DNA of 64,000 nucleotides from Candidatus Pampinifervens sinense (GTDB lineage: Bacteria > Aquificota > Aquificia > Aquificales > Aquificaceae): contig JAXSPP010000007.1 in assembly GCA_037927135.1 (NCBI GenBank), forward strand, positions 15,494-79,493. Direction: 5' to 3'. This document shows positions 36,333 through 45,920 of this stretch, in pieces (within the stretch, counting starts at the first letter, position 1; each line of letters starts with the position of its first letter). The notes beneath the pieces are model-generated. The model saw only the letters and a list, made by a program, of their open reading frames with translations, was not told the DNA's origin and made no database searches. Made by a program: the position numbers and the translations under genes.

Positions 36333-37337
36333 ATGGATAGGTGGGAATCTTTTCTTTTTGAAGTGGCGGAAAAGGCCATAAACTACCAAAAGCTTACAAA
36401 GGAAGAAGCGCTAAACATACTGAGAACACCCGATGAATATGTGGCCCTTATGGTCTATCTTGCACAAAAGGTTAAGAACCACTTTCATCCACCCGATAGG
36501 ATAGAGTTCTGTTCTATCATAAACGCCAAGAGTGGTGCATGTTCGGAAGATTGCAAATTCTGCGCCCAGTCTAAGTTCTATAAAACACCTATAAACGTCT
36601 ATGGCCTTGTGCCAAAGGAAGAGATAGTGGAAGGTGCCTACAGGGGTGTGGAGTTTGGAGCAAACAGATACTGTGTGGTTCTGAGTGGAAAGTGTGCCAC
36701 AAGGGAAGAAGTGGAAAGAATATGCGAAGGTGTAAGGGAGATAAAAAAGGAAGGACTTCCCATAAATGTGTGCGTTTCTGCCGGAACCCTTGATGAGGAG
36801 TCTTTAAGAAAGTTAAAAGAGGCCGGTGTGAGACGTGTAAACCATAACCTTGAGGCATCGGAAAATTTCTTTCCAAAGATAGTGTCCACCCACTCTTGGA
36901 GAGAAAGGTATGAGACCATAAAGAGGATAAAGGCTGTGGGCCTCTCCACCTGTTGTGGTGGCATATTCGGTATGGGAGAAAGCGATGAGGACAGGGTGGA
37001 CCTTGCCCTAACTTACAGAGACCTTGAGGTAGACTCCATACCCCTTAACTTCCTTATGCCCATTGAAGGAACACCTTTGCAGAATGCACCGGGCATATCA
37101 CCCATAGAGGCCCTAAAGGTCATAGCCATGTTTAGGTTTACAAACCCAAAGGCAGAGCTAAGGCTGTGTGGTGGAAGGGAGCAAAACCTCAGAGACTTTC
37201 ACGGTATGGCTGTGCTTATGGCAAATGCCATGATGGTAGGTGGATATCTCACAAGGGCAGGAAGGGATATAAAGAAGGACTACCAGCTTTTAAAGGATCT
37301 AAAGTTTGAAAGGCTTGTAAAAATAGAACCTGTCTAA
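36333..37337 (+). CDS. bioB: Biotin synthase
   Basis: 334-aa radical SAM ORF with CSEDCKFCAQS, the auxiliary-cluster Cys pattern, and YLTRAGR near the C-terminus. AAGGAGG lies upstream. Confidence 0.93.
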   Translation: MDRWESFLFEVAEKAINYQKLTKEEALNILRTPDEYVALMVYLAQKVKNHFHPPDRIEFCSIINAKSGACSEDCKFCAQSKFYKTPINVYGLVPKEEIVEGAYRGVEFGANRYCVVLSGKCATREEVERICEGVREIKKEGLPINVCVSAGTLDEESLRKLKEAGVRRVNHNLEASENFFPKIVSTHSWRERYETIKRIKAVGLSTCCGGIFGMGESDEDRVDLALTYRDLEVDSIPLNFLMPIEGTPLQNAPGISPIEALKVIAMFRFTNPKAELRLCGGREQNLRDFHGMAVLMANAMMVGGYLTRAGRDIKKDYQLLKDLKFERLVKIEPV

Positions 37338-37880
37338 TTCTCCCTGTGAATTTCCTCTTTTTCTTTTTCTTTTTTTTATTTTTGTCTTCTATTTAATTAA
37401 ATTAAAAATAATAATAGGACCCCCCGAATTTCACACCCCCTTCGCAAGTGCTTGATTTTCAAGGATTTGCCGAAAAGAAATTTCACACCCCCTATGAAAG
37501 CCTTGATTTTTCTTGATTTTATGAAATCAGAAAGTCCTTGAGTATCAAGGATTTTAGAAGAATTTCACAATTTCACACCCTCTAATTCTAAGTATGGGTC
37601 TTTCTGAAATTTTTTGATTTTATACCCTGTAAAATTTTTACGGAAAATACAACACTTAGGATGGGGGGTGTGAAATTCCTTCACAGGGTGTGAAATTCTG
37701 TCCAAAAGGTGCATATACCCTGTGAAATTCTTTGTAAAAATTTTACGGAAAAAGCCATACTTAGAAACAGGGTGTGAAATTCTGCCGGGGGTGTGAAATT
37801 CCCCTGTGAAATTCTTTGAATAAAAATTATGGAAAAGGCCATACTTAGGAATAGGGTGTGAAATTCTTTTATGATTTATG
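37338..37880. repeat. Non-coding iteron-like repeat array between convergent bioB and comM
   Basis: Forward (G/C)TGTGAAATTC copies lie at 37667, 37687, 37719, 37771, 37790, 37803 and 37855. A variant is at 37343. Reverse copies (GAATTTCACAC) lie at 37426, 37478, 37560 and 37569. A longer 28-bp module, CCATACTTAG-N6-GGGTGTGAAATT, occurs 3 times forward and once inverted (37560-37597). There are three tandem units of about 83 bp (about 37625-37880). A second motif, CCTTGATTTT / AAAATCCTTG, occurs about 5 times (37451-37555). Confidence 0.85.
37355..37416. other. AT-rich tract (possible DNA-unwinding element) flanked by oppositely oriented repeat copies
   Basis: The tract tctttttctttttcttttttttatttttgtcttctatttaattaaattaaaaataataata is over 85% A+T by eye. 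It lies between the variant site at 37343 (forward) and the site at 37426 (reverse). Confidence 0.5.
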
Positions 37881-39407
37881 TCATAATGTGGGTGCCTTTT
37901 CGTTTATCCTGAACTGAAGGGCCTCTGCAATATGGTGGCTTGCTATCTTTTCTTCACCTTCAAGGTCTGCTATGGTCCTTGAGACCTTCAAAACCTTCAT
38001 ATAGCCTCTGCCTGTAAGGTTTAGCTTCTCAAGGGCACTCCTCAAGAGGTTTTTTGCCTCCTGCGTCATCACACAATACTTTTTCACCTCTTCATTGGTC
38101 ATACGTGAGTTATACTTTGTTTTGCTGTTTTTGAACCTCTCCCTTTGGATTTCCACAGCTCTAATGACCCTCTCCCTTATCTGAGCGGATGTTTCTCCCG
38201 AACTCATACTAAGAAGCTCCTCCTTTTCCACTGGGTTTACCCAGACCCTTAGGTCTATCCTATCCATTATGGGCCCAGATATCTTGGATTGATAGGCTTT
38301 TAGTTGCATTGGGGTGCATGTGCAGGCCTTGTATGGGTTTCCATAGTTTCCACAAGGGCATGGGTTCATGGCCACCACAAGCAAAAACTCTGAAGGAAAG
38401 CTCACCCTTCCTCCAACCCTTGAAACGGTAACCTTTCCATCCTCTAAGGGCTGTCTTAGAGATTCTATGGCCTTTCTGCTAAACTCTGGAAACTCATCAA
38501 GGAAGAGAACACCCCTATGGGCTAAGGAAATCTCCCCCGGCTGTGGTATGGTGCCACCTCCCACAAGGGCGGACTCTGAGGCGTTGGTAAGAGGATTTCT
38601 AAAGGGCCTTTTGGTTATTATGGGAGTCTTCTCATCCAAAAGGCCTGCCACGCTGTATATGCGTGTTATTTCTATAGCCTCTTCAAAGGTCAAGGGTGGC
38701 ATTATGGTTATGAGCCTTTTGGCGAGCATGCTTTTGCCAGCTCCTGGAGGGCCAATAAGCATTACAGGATGAAAACCCGCTGCCGCTATCTCCATAGCCC
38801 TCTTTGCTTGATGCTGTCCATAGACCTCGCTAAAATCCACATCAAAGCTTTCAAAGTTTGAAAAGACCTCTTGAAGGTCCACCCTTACTGGCTCTTTTTT
38901 TATATTACCCGCTAAAAAATCCACTACCTCTTTTAAAGATTCAAAGCCATAAACCTCCACACCTTCCACAATGCCAGCTTCCTTTGCGTTCCTCATAGGC
39001 ACTATAAAACGCCTATAGCCCAGCTCTTTCAAGGATAAAACCACCGGCAAAACGCCCTTCACAGGGTTTATCTTCCCATCAAGGGAGAGCTCGCCCATGA
39101 CCACATAATCCTCTGGGAAGTCCAAGCCTGTGGAAAGCCTTATGATGCCAAGGGCTATGGGAAGGTCGTAGAAGGTGCCTTGCTTTTTAAGATGTGAGGG
39201 AGAGAGGTTTACCGTTATCCTTTTTACTGGAAGCTGAAAGCCTGTGTTCTTTAGGGCTGACCTTACCCTGTCCTTTGCTTCGTTTATGGCCTTGTCTGGA
39301 AGGCCCACGATGGAAAACTGAGGAAGCCCGTTGGATATGTCCACCTCCACATCCACCTCAAACCCCTCTATCCCCAAAACCCCACCGCTTTTTATCCTAC
39401 AGAACAT
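37881..39407 (-). CDS. comM: YifB/ComM-family Mg-chelatase-like AAA+ ATPase
   Basis: 508-aa ORF with an N-terminal Lon-protease-like/ChlI domain, Walker A GPPGAGKS, Walker B VLFLDE, and a C-terminal helix-turn-helix-like region. Confidence 0.9.
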   Translation of the reverse strand: MFCRIKSGGVLGIEGFEVDVEVDISNGLPQFSIVGLPDKAINEAKDRVRSALKNTGFQLPVKRITVNLSPSHLKKQGTFYDLPIALGIIRLSTGLDFPEDYVVMGELSLDGKINPVKGVLPVVLSLKELGYRRFIVPMRNAKEAGIVEGVEVYGFESLKEVVDFLAGNIKKEPVRVDLQEVFSNFESFDVDFSEVYGQHQAKRAMEIAAAGFHPVMLIGPPGAGKSMLAKRLITIMPPLTFEEAIEITRIYSVAGLLDEKTPIITKRPFRNPLTNASESALVGGGTIPQPGEISLAHRGVLFLDEFPEFSRKAIESLRQPLEDGKVTVSRVGGRVSFPSEFLLVVAMNPCPCGNYGNPYKACTCTPMQLKAYQSKISGPIMDRIDLRVWVNPVEKEELLSMSSGETSAQIRERVIRAVEIQRERFKNSKTKYNSRMTNEEVKKYCVMTQEAKNLLRSALEKLNLTGRGYMKVLKVSRTIADLEGEEKIASHHIAEALQFRINEKAPTL

Positions 39408-39419
39408 AGGAAAATTATA

Positions 39420-40493
39420 TCAATCAAAAACCCTTACAATCCTATAATAGGTATCCCTCTGGGCTGGCACAAAGCCCGCAGACCTTATGGCCTCCACCAT
39501 ATCCTCCACCTTTGGAATGCTTACCTTGTAAGAAGTGGAAGATATCACATTCTCCTCAATCATCACGCTTCCAAGATCGTTGGCCCCAAAGTGAAGGCCT
39601 ATGATGCCTATCTGCATGGTTTGGGTCACATGGGAGCTTTGAATGTTTTTGAAGTTATCAAGATATATCCTTGATATGGCAAGAACTTTTAAGTAGTAGT
39701 TGGAAGAGGCCTCTTCCAAGTTGTCAAGCTGGGTGTTGCCCTTTTTGAAGGTCCAAGGTATGAAGGCTGTAAAGCCTCCCGTCTGGTCCTGTATCCTCCT
39801 TACCCTTTCTAAGTGTTCTACTATATGCCAAGGCTTTTCCACATGACCAAACATCATGGTGGCTGTAGAGGTCATGCCAAGCTCATGGGCCGTCCTGTGG
39901 ACCATCTCCCACTCTTCAACGGTGCATTTACCGGGGCTCAAAAAGCTTCGGACCTCTTGAGAAAGTATCTCTGCACCACCGCCGGGAAGGGAATCAAGAC
40001 CAGCCTCTTTTAACCTTTTTAACACTTCCCTTATACTCAGCCTCTCTATCTTTGCAAGATAGACTATCTCCGGTGCAGAAAAGGAGTGTATTTGAACCTG
40101 TGGAAATCTTTCCTTTATGGAGCTTATAAGGTCCTCATAGTAGCTAAGTGGTAGGTCTGGGTTTAGGCCACCTTGCATAAGAAGGGTTGTCCCACCCCAT
40201 TCTATAAGTTCTTCAACCTTTTTGAGCACCTCCTCTTTTGAGAGCACGTAGCCCTCTGGAGAGCCTACCTTCCTTTGGAAGGCGCAGAACTTGCACCCTG
40301 CCACGCATACATTGGTGTAGTTTACATTCCTATCTATGACAAAGGTGGCTATGTTTTCTGGGTGGTGCCTTTTTCTTACCTCGTTGGCAAGGTAGCCCAA
40401 AACTGTTATATCTTCCTCAAAAAGGCTTAAAGCCTCTTCTGGGCTTAGCCTCTCTCCTTCCAAAACCTTTTCATAGACCTCTGTCTGCACCAT
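39420..40493 (-). CDS. Radical SAM enzyme of the MqnC/MqnE (futalosine menaquinone pathway)/CofH family
   Basis: The track ORF starts at 40547. The ATG at 40493 (MVQTEVYEKV) avoids overlap with apgM. Motifs are NYTNVCVAGCKFCAF, GGAEIL, ATMMFGHVE and QDQTGGFTAFIPW. I cannot separate MqnC from MqnE by eye. Confidence 0.8.
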   Translation of the reverse strand: MVQTEVYEKVLEGERLSPEEALSLFEEDITVLGYLANEVRKRHHPENIATFVIDRNVNYTNVCVAGCKFCAFQRKVGSPEGYVLSKEEVLKKVEELIEWGGTTLLMQGGLNPDLPLSYYEDLISSIKERFPQVQIHSFSAPEIVYLAKIERLSIREVLKRLKEAGLDSLPGGGAEILSQEVRSFLSPGKCTVEEWEMVHRTAHELGMTSTATMMFGHVEKPWHIVEHLERVRRIQDQTGGFTAFIPWTFKKGNTQLDNLEEASSNYYLKVLAISRIYLDNFKNIQSSHVTQTMQIGIIGLHFGANDLGSVMIEENVISSTSYKVSIPKVEDMVEAIRSAGFVPAQRDTYYRIVRVFD

Positions 40494-40509
40494 GCTTAGA
40501 AAATTTATC

Positions 40510-41727
40510 TCAGGCTCCAAACTTAGCAAGCCTAAGAGAATGGGCAAGCATGAGGTTTATCAGCTTTTTGGCTGGAAAGATGCCAAGCTCACCCTTCAAA
40601 CACTCCCTTTCTGTAAACCTTTCAGATGTTCCACCAAGCACATAGGGAGAGTGCAAAAGCACGGGCACAGGATGCCAAGAGTGTCCCTTTAAAACAGAGG
40701 GTGTAGAGTGGTCCCCCGTTATCACAAGCACATCAGGCCTCAGGTCCAATATCTGTGGAAGGTTCTTATCAAACTCCTCTATAACCTTTATCTTACCTTC
40801 GTAGTTTCCATCCTCTCCGTAAGAATCTGTCTTCTTTATGTGAAGGAAGAAAAAGTCATAGTCCTTCCACACCTCTTTTAGAGCCTTTATCTCATCCTCT
40901 ATGCTTTGTCCTTCAAAGCTGATTAGGTCCATGCCTACAAGGCTTGCAAGGCCTTTATACATAGGGTATACCGCTATGGCGCAGGCTTTTAGACCAAATC
41001 TCTCCTCAAAGCTTTCCATCTTTGGCTTTTGAGAAAAGCCCCTAAGGAGCATGTAGTTGGCTTTATCTTCATCCTTCAGCACCTCTTCAACCCTCTCTAA
41101 AAGCCTTCTTACCACCTTTGCCACCCTTTCGGAAGCCTCCGTCTCACCCCTTGGCTCTATAGGTTCCAGCCCTTCCTTCTGCGGGTCCGTATCCCTTATC
41201 CTGTCGCTACCTTCTGGAAGTTCCTCTGGAAATCTAAGGAGTATGGCAACCCTGTGCTCCATACCCGGCGCAAAAAAGACCTTAACCCCGTCTATCTCCT
41301 TTATCTTTTCGGATAGCCTTGATGTTATCCTTCTGTTTTCTTCTGTGGGTATCCTTCCGGCCCTTCTGTCCTTTACTACAAGCCTTCCGTTTAGTCTTTC
41401 TACTGTGGCATAGTTGGCCCTTATGGCTATATCGGTGGACTTCACTTCTAGCCCAAGGCCCAGAGCCTCAAGTATGCCCCTTCCTATTTGGTACTTCAAA
41501 GGGTCATAGCCAAAGAGGGCAAGATGCCCCGGCCCACTGCCGGGAGTTATGCCATAATCTACAGGGATATGGAGGCCAAGGGCAGACCTTTTTGCCAAGC
41601 TATCAAGGTTTGGCGTGCTTGCAAGCTCAAGCTCCGTTTTTCCATCCTTTACAGGAAGACCACCTATGCCATCAAGCACAATAAGTAAAAGCTTTGTATT
41701 GTTCTTTTGAACCAGGGCCTCAAGCAT
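40510..41727 (-). CDS. apgM: Archaeal-type cofactor-independent phosphoglycerate mutase
   Basis: 405-aa ORF of the alkaline-phosphatase superfamily. Motifs are [15 protein letters not shown] and ITGDHSTP, with ApgM-like length and layout. Confidence 0.85.
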   Translation of the reverse strand: MLEALVQKNNTKLLLIVLDGIGGLPVKDGKTELELASTPNLDSLAKRSALGLHIPVDYGITPGSGPGHLALFGYDPLKYQIGRGILEALGLGLEVKSTDIAIRANYATVERLNGRLVVKDRRAGRIPTEENRRITSRLSEKIKEIDGVKVFFAPGMEHRVAILLRFPEELPEGSDRIRDTDPQKEGLEPIEPRGETEASERVAKVVRRLLERVEEVLKDEDKANYMLLRGFSQKPKMESFEERFGLKACAIAVYPMYKGLASLVGMDLISFEGQSIEDEIKALKEVWKDYDFFFLHIKKTDSYGEDGNYEGKIKVIEEFDKNLPQILDLRPDVLVITGDHSTPSVLKGHSWHPVPVLLHSPYVLGGTSERFTERECLKGELGIFPAKKLINLMLAHSLRLAKFGA

Positions 41728-41745
41728 AAAAGTTATTTTAGCACC

Positions 41746-43164
41746 TTATGGCCCTATCTGCCTTAAGAAAGGTGGTATTTCCTCCGTCTTTAGCCATCCA
41801 CACTCTTCCAAAGCCCTCTCTACGGACTCTCTTGACAGCCTTGTCCTCTCCATCAAAAGCTTTACAAACTCTTCCCTCCTACCTTTAAAGCCCTCTATCT
41901 CTTCATAGCTCACCTCTGGGAATCTGGATACTATCCTATCCTTTACTATGTTCCAAGCTGCAAGGTTGGAGTATAGGTTAAACTCCTTATTTCTGACTGT
42001 TTCTTTCACCGTTAAAGATTTGAGGAATTCAATCCTCTCTGGCCTTATGGTTAAAATGGCCTCTGCCATAAGCGGGTCCACCGTATAGAAAATGCCAAAG
42101 AGCTTTCCAAGTATCCTCCTTTGAGTTCTTATCATCTGGTCCAGTATGTCCTGCACCTCTGGTTCCACCTTATCGTATATGAGCTCAAAGTAGTTTAGCT
42201 CTTCTAGTTCTAGGCCTCCTAGGTACCTTATAAAGTTGGCAAGCTCATGATAGCTTACAGATTCTCCTTTTATCTCTTCCTTTACCACTTCCTTTTTAGC
42301 TTCTCCGTAGTCAAGGACCACATCTGTGTGTATGGGTGGTATTATGTGGTAGGTTTCCGACTCCCATCCAGCCTTTCTAAGGATCTGCTCTGCCGCATCC
42401 ATAGTGATGTTATACTTCTGCATAAGAAGCCTCTTTAGACCTTCCCTGTCCTTTTTGTATTTGTCCAATTCTTCGTCCGGTATATCCACTTCCACATATA
42501 CAAGCTTTTCTTTTCCATCCTCCACAAGGATGACATTCTTTCTACCCTTTATATGCCTCTTTATAAAGCTCCAATCCTCATCGGTCATTATAGGCTCTGG
42601 ATGCCACTCTTTGGACATTTCCTCTTCAAGCTCAAGGTATGGCACGCTCTCATACCACGTGGCTTTGTTTAGCTTAGACTCTATCACCTCTTCACTTTCT
42701 CCAAGCCTGTCTTTTACATACTCTATAAACTCTCTTCTTTTGAACTTAAACTTCTCTATCTCATCTAAGCTAAGCTCTGGAAAGAGGACCTTCAGCTTAT
42801 ACTTTATAAAATCCCAGTTTCCAAAGAGGTTTTGTGGCTCAAGGGCTTCATAGCCATAGGGGTTTGTCCTCAAAAACTCAAAGTAATAGCCTATGAACTT
42901 CCTCACCCTTGGGTCTGTCAGCGCCAAGGTTTTTATAAAATCTGGGTCATAGAACTCTATTATGCTAAGTAGCCTTGCTATGTTTACCTTTTTAATGTTG
43001 TGAAGATGGCAGAGCTCTACAGCATACTTTTTGGGTATATTATCTACACCGCAGTATTCGTTGAGCACGTCCATCTCCGACTTTAAAAGGCTTCTAAAGA
43101 AGGAAAGCTTTTCCCTTTTGGATAGGTTTTCTTTCATAAGGAGCACGCCCAACATCCTTCTCAC
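41746..43164 (-). CDS. Hypothetical protein with three CsbD/YjbJ-like repeat modules
   Basis: 472-aa ORF. The modules are GNWDFIKYKLKVLFPELSLDEIEKFKFKRREFIEYVKDRLGESEEVIESKLNKATW, a split middle copy (DWSFIKRHIKGR...DEELDKYKKDREGLKRLLMQKYNITMDAAEQILRKAGW), and AAWNIVKDRIVSRFPEVSYEEIEGFKGRREEFVKLLMERTRLSRESVERALEECGW. Confidence 0.6.
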   Translation of the reverse strand: MRRMLGVLLMKENLSKREKLSFFRSLLKSEMDVLNEYCGVDNIPKKYAVELCHLHNIKKVNIARLLSIIEFYDPDFIKTLALTDPRVRKFIGYYFEFLRTNPYGYEALEPQNLFGNWDFIKYKLKVLFPELSLDEIEKFKFKRREFIEYVKDRLGESEEVIESKLNKATWYESVPYLELEEEMSKEWHPEPIMTDEDWSFIKRHIKGRKNVILVEDGKEKLVYVEVDIPDEELDKYKKDREGLKRLLMQKYNITMDAAEQILRKAGWESETYHIIPPIHTDVVLDYGEAKKEVVKEEIKGESVSYHELANFIRYLGGLELEELNYFELIYDKVEPEVQDILDQMIRTQRRILGKLFGIFYTVDPLMAEAILTIRPERIEFLKSLTVKETVRNKEFNLYSNLAAWNIVKDRIVSRFPEVSYEEIEGFKGRREEFVKLLMERTRLSRESVERALEECGWLKTEEIPPFLRQIGP

Positions 43165-43242
43165 CTCCCTTACCTTTTAAGTTATGATCTTAAGTTTTCA
43201 AGACAATAAAAGTTTCTTATGAGGCTATAATAACTTAGTGTT

Positions 43243-43935
43243 ATGGAATGTGTAGCTTCCTTTGATATTGAAACCTTCTGCCCCATTGAAAGACTCTCCC
43301 AAGAGGACCTTCTTTACCTTATAGGTAGGAAAGAACATGCATCAAAAGAAAAGCTATACAGAGAGCTCTCTACAAACCCCTATGTCTCTTACCTTATCTC
43401 CTTCTCCTTATTCTTTATAGACTCAAACAGGGCGGAGGTTTACTACATCTCTGATAAAGAGGAAAGGAAAAAGGAAGAATACAGTATAAAGGACAGGATC
43501 ATAAAGGTGGAATATTGCTCAGTGGTTTACCATCCGGAGATTTCCTTTGCAGAAAGGAAGATCCTTGAGATGTTTTGGGATAGACTTGGTGAAGTGCAAA
43601 GACTTATAACCTTTTACGGCGAAGATTTTGATATGGAGTTTATAAAGGTAAGAACCATAATACATAACCTAAAACCTCAAACCTTTCTCCTCTATCTACA
43701 ATCTAAACATCCACAAGTTTTGGATATATCAAAGTTTTTCAAAGTTGGGAAAAACCATTATTCTCTCAGTTTTATATCTACAAAGCTTAACATTCCCATA
43801 GATAAAGGTGAGATGGAAGGTTCAAAGGTGAGGGAAGCCTTTCTCAAGGGTAGATACAGGGATATAGCTGAATACAATCTTAGGGATGCTCTAATAACCG
43901 GCATGCTGTACGAAAGGATAAAGGAATACATTTAA
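43243..43935 (+). CDS. Stand-alone DEDD 3'-5' exonuclease-like protein (PolB-exonuclease/RNase H-like fold)
   Basis: 230-aa ORF. Exo I-like FDIET near the N-terminus, a mid-region YGEDFDMEF, and a C-terminal EYNLRD (Y-x3-D, Exo III-like). Confidence 0.6.
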   Translation: MECVASFDIETFCPIERLSQEDLLYLIGRKEHASKEKLYRELSTNPYVSYLISFSLFFIDSNRAEVYYISDKEERKKEEYSIKDRIIKVEYCSVVYHPEISFAERKILEMFWDRLGEVQRLITFYGEDFDMEFIKVRTIIHNLKPQTFLLYLQSKHPQVLDISKFFKVGKNHYSLSFISTKLNIPIDKGEMEGSKVREAFLKGRYRDIAEYNLRDALITGMLYERIKEYI

Positions 43936-43987
43936 AGCTTGTTTGGAAGGTTTAAAAGGCTTATATTTAAAGTTAAGGAGGTTTTGT

Positions 43988-45124
43988 ATGTCTTTGAAGC
44001 CTTTAAAGCTTAGAAACAAGGTTGTGCCCATACCTATAATACAAGGTGGGATGGGGGTAGGCATATCTTGGGAAAGGTTGGCGGGAGCTGTAGCAAAGGA
44101 AGGTGCAGTAGGCGTGGTTTCCGCCGTTGGAACTGGCTATAGATACCCTGAGCTTGTCAAAAGGGATAAGTTTGGAAGACCTATAGGTTCCATATACACC
44201 CATAATAAGGAGGCCTTAACGAGGATAATAAAGGAGGCAAAAAGGATATCAGAAGGCAATGGTGCCATAGCTGTAAATATACTCTGCGCCATAACAGATT
44301 ATGGCAGGGTGGCTGTGGATGCGGTAGAAGCTGGAGCGGATGCCATAATATCCGGTGCAGGCCTTCCGTTAAAACTTCCAGAATACGTAGGAGATGCGGA
44401 TGTGGCTTTAATTCCCATAGTGTCTTCAGCAAGGGCCTTAAACCTTATATGCAGAACATGGGAAAAAAGATATAAAAGGCTTCCAGATGCAGTGGTATTA
44501 GAAGGTCCAAAGTCTGGAGGCCATCAAGGCTTTAAATATGAGGAGTGTTTTATGCCCGAATACCAGCTTGAAAACCTTTTTCCTTCCGTTCTTGAGGAGG
44601 CAAAAAAGTGGGGTGATATACCTGTTATAGTGGCTGGCGGCATTTGGAGCTATAGGGATATAGTCTATTACATGGAAAGGGGGGCAAGCGGTGTTCAGAT
44701 AGCCACCCGTTTTATAGCCACCTTTGAGTGTGATGCGCCACCCATATATAAAGAAGTGCTTCTTAGCGCAGAAGAGGAGGACATCATACTTTTCAAGTCT
44801 CCAGTGGGCTATCCATTGAGGGTTGTAAAAACTCCCTTTATTGAAAGATTGCTTGCAGGCTACAACGGATGGAACGGGTGCGTTTCTCACTGCATAACTC
44901 CATGCAACAAAGGAGAGGAAGCAAAAAAGGTAGGCTTTTGTATAGCCGATAGGCTGGGTGCGGCCTGGTTGGGCAACTACGAAGAAGGTATATTTATAAG
45001 CGGAGCAAACGGACATCTTTTGAAGAAACAGGGTATAATAAGCGTAAAGGAGTTGATTGAGATATTAACAGGCAAAAGACCTGATCCTACATTAGAGGAG
45101 AGCAAGGAGGGGTGCCATGTTTAG
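43988..45124 (+). CDS. Nitronate monooxygenase / FabK-like FMN-dependent enoyl reductase family protein
   Basis: The track ORF starts at 43943. The ATG at 43988 follows AAGGAGG. TIM-barrel motifs are [19 protein letters not shown] and IPVIVAGGI. Confidence 0.8.
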   Translation: MSLKPLKLRNKVVPIPIIQGGMGVGISWERLAGAVAKEGAVGVVSAVGTGYRYPELVKRDKFGRPIGSIYTHNKEALTRIIKEAKRISEGNGAIAVNILCAITDYGRVAVDAVEAGADAIISGAGLPLKLPEYVGDADVALIPIVSSARALNLICRTWEKRYKRLPDAVVLEGPKSGGHQGFKYEECFMPEYQLENLFPSVLEEAKKWGDIPVIVAGGIWSYRDIVYYMERGASGVQIATRFIATFECDAPPIYKEVLLSAEEEDIILFKSPVGYPLRVVKTPFIERLLAGYNGWNGCVSHCITPCNKGEEAKKVGFCIADRLGAAWLGNYEEGIFISGANGHLLKKQGIISVKELIEILTGKRPDPTLEESKEGCHV

Positions 45125-45905
45125 AGCCTTATGGACATCGGCCTCAGGTATGATAGCTCAGCAAACAAACCTTGATGTGATATCCCACAACATGGCCAAT
45201 GTAAACACGGTAGGCTACAAAAAGATGAGACCAACATTCCAAGACCTTATCTATCAAACGATCAGAGACCCAGGGGCTCCAACCTCTCCCGCTACCCGTA
45301 ATCCTTCCGGATTCCAAATAGGCTTAGGAACCTATGTATCGGACACCTACGGTATATTTACCCAAGGTAACATAATTCAAACGGGGAACACCCTTGACAT
45401 AGCTATTCAAGGTGATGGCTTCTTCAAGGTGGTTATGCCCGACGGTACCATAGCCTACACTAGGAATGGTCAATTTAGGCTTGACGCGGATGGAAGGATA
45501 GTTAACCCCGATGGCTATCCTTTAGACCCGGAGATAACCATACCACCGGATGCCATAAGTATAGGCATAGGGCCGGACGGCACCGTAACCGTTCTCAGAC
45601 AGGGTGCCACAACGGTGGAAGAGGTTGGAAGGATAGAGCTTGCAAAGTTTGTAAACCCGGCTGGCCTTCGCAGGATTGGCAACAACCTATTTATACAAAC
45701 GGATGCCTCTGGAGAACCCATCGTGGACAATCCAGGAAACCAAGGCCTAGGAACACTGCTACAAGGCTATTTGGAATCATCCAACGTGAACATAGTGGAA
45801 GAAATGGTAAACCTTATAATAGCACAAAGGGCCTTTGAGTTTAACACTAAGGGTATAGTTGCGGCTGATGAAATGCTTGGCCAAACGGCCAATCTAAGAA
45901 GATAG
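45117..45905 (+). CDS. flgG: Flagellar basal-body rod protein FlgG
   Basis: 262-aa ORF. N-terminal [31 protein letters not shown] and C-terminal LESSNV...EMVN.I.AQRAFE.N.K. Confidence 0.9.
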   Translation: MFRALWTSASGMIAQQTNLDVISHNMANVNTVGYKKMRPTFQDLIYQTIRDPGAPTSPATRNPSGFQIGLGTYVSDTYGIFTQGNIIQTGNTLDIAIQGDGFFKVVMPDGTIAYTRNGQFRLDADGRIVNPDGYPLDPEITIPPDAISIGIGPDGTVTVLRQGATTVEEVGRIELAKFVNPAGLRRIGNNLFIQTDASGEPIVDNPGNQGLGTLLQGYLESSNVNIVEEMVNLIIAQRAFEFNTKGIVAADEMLGQTANLRR

Positions 45906-45920
45906 TGTATAATTAAAGGC

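Noticed and set aside
37338-37880. Possible CRISPR array, given the many short repeats.
   Set aside because: The repeats are only 11-28 bp long and occur in both orientations. Their spacing is irregular (13-52 bp) and they partly overlap. The sequences between them are themselves repeated. No cas genes or leader are present.
39420-40547. The longer 375-aa version of the Mqn-family radical SAM ORF.
   Set aside because: The first 18 codons overlap the apgM 3' end and are hydrophobic nonsense. The ATG at 40493 gives the expected N-terminus.
43943-43987. The 15-codon N-terminal extension of the FabK/NMO-like ORF.
   Set aside because: The ATG at 43988 is preceded by AAGGAGG at ideal spacing, and the conserved domain starts right after it.
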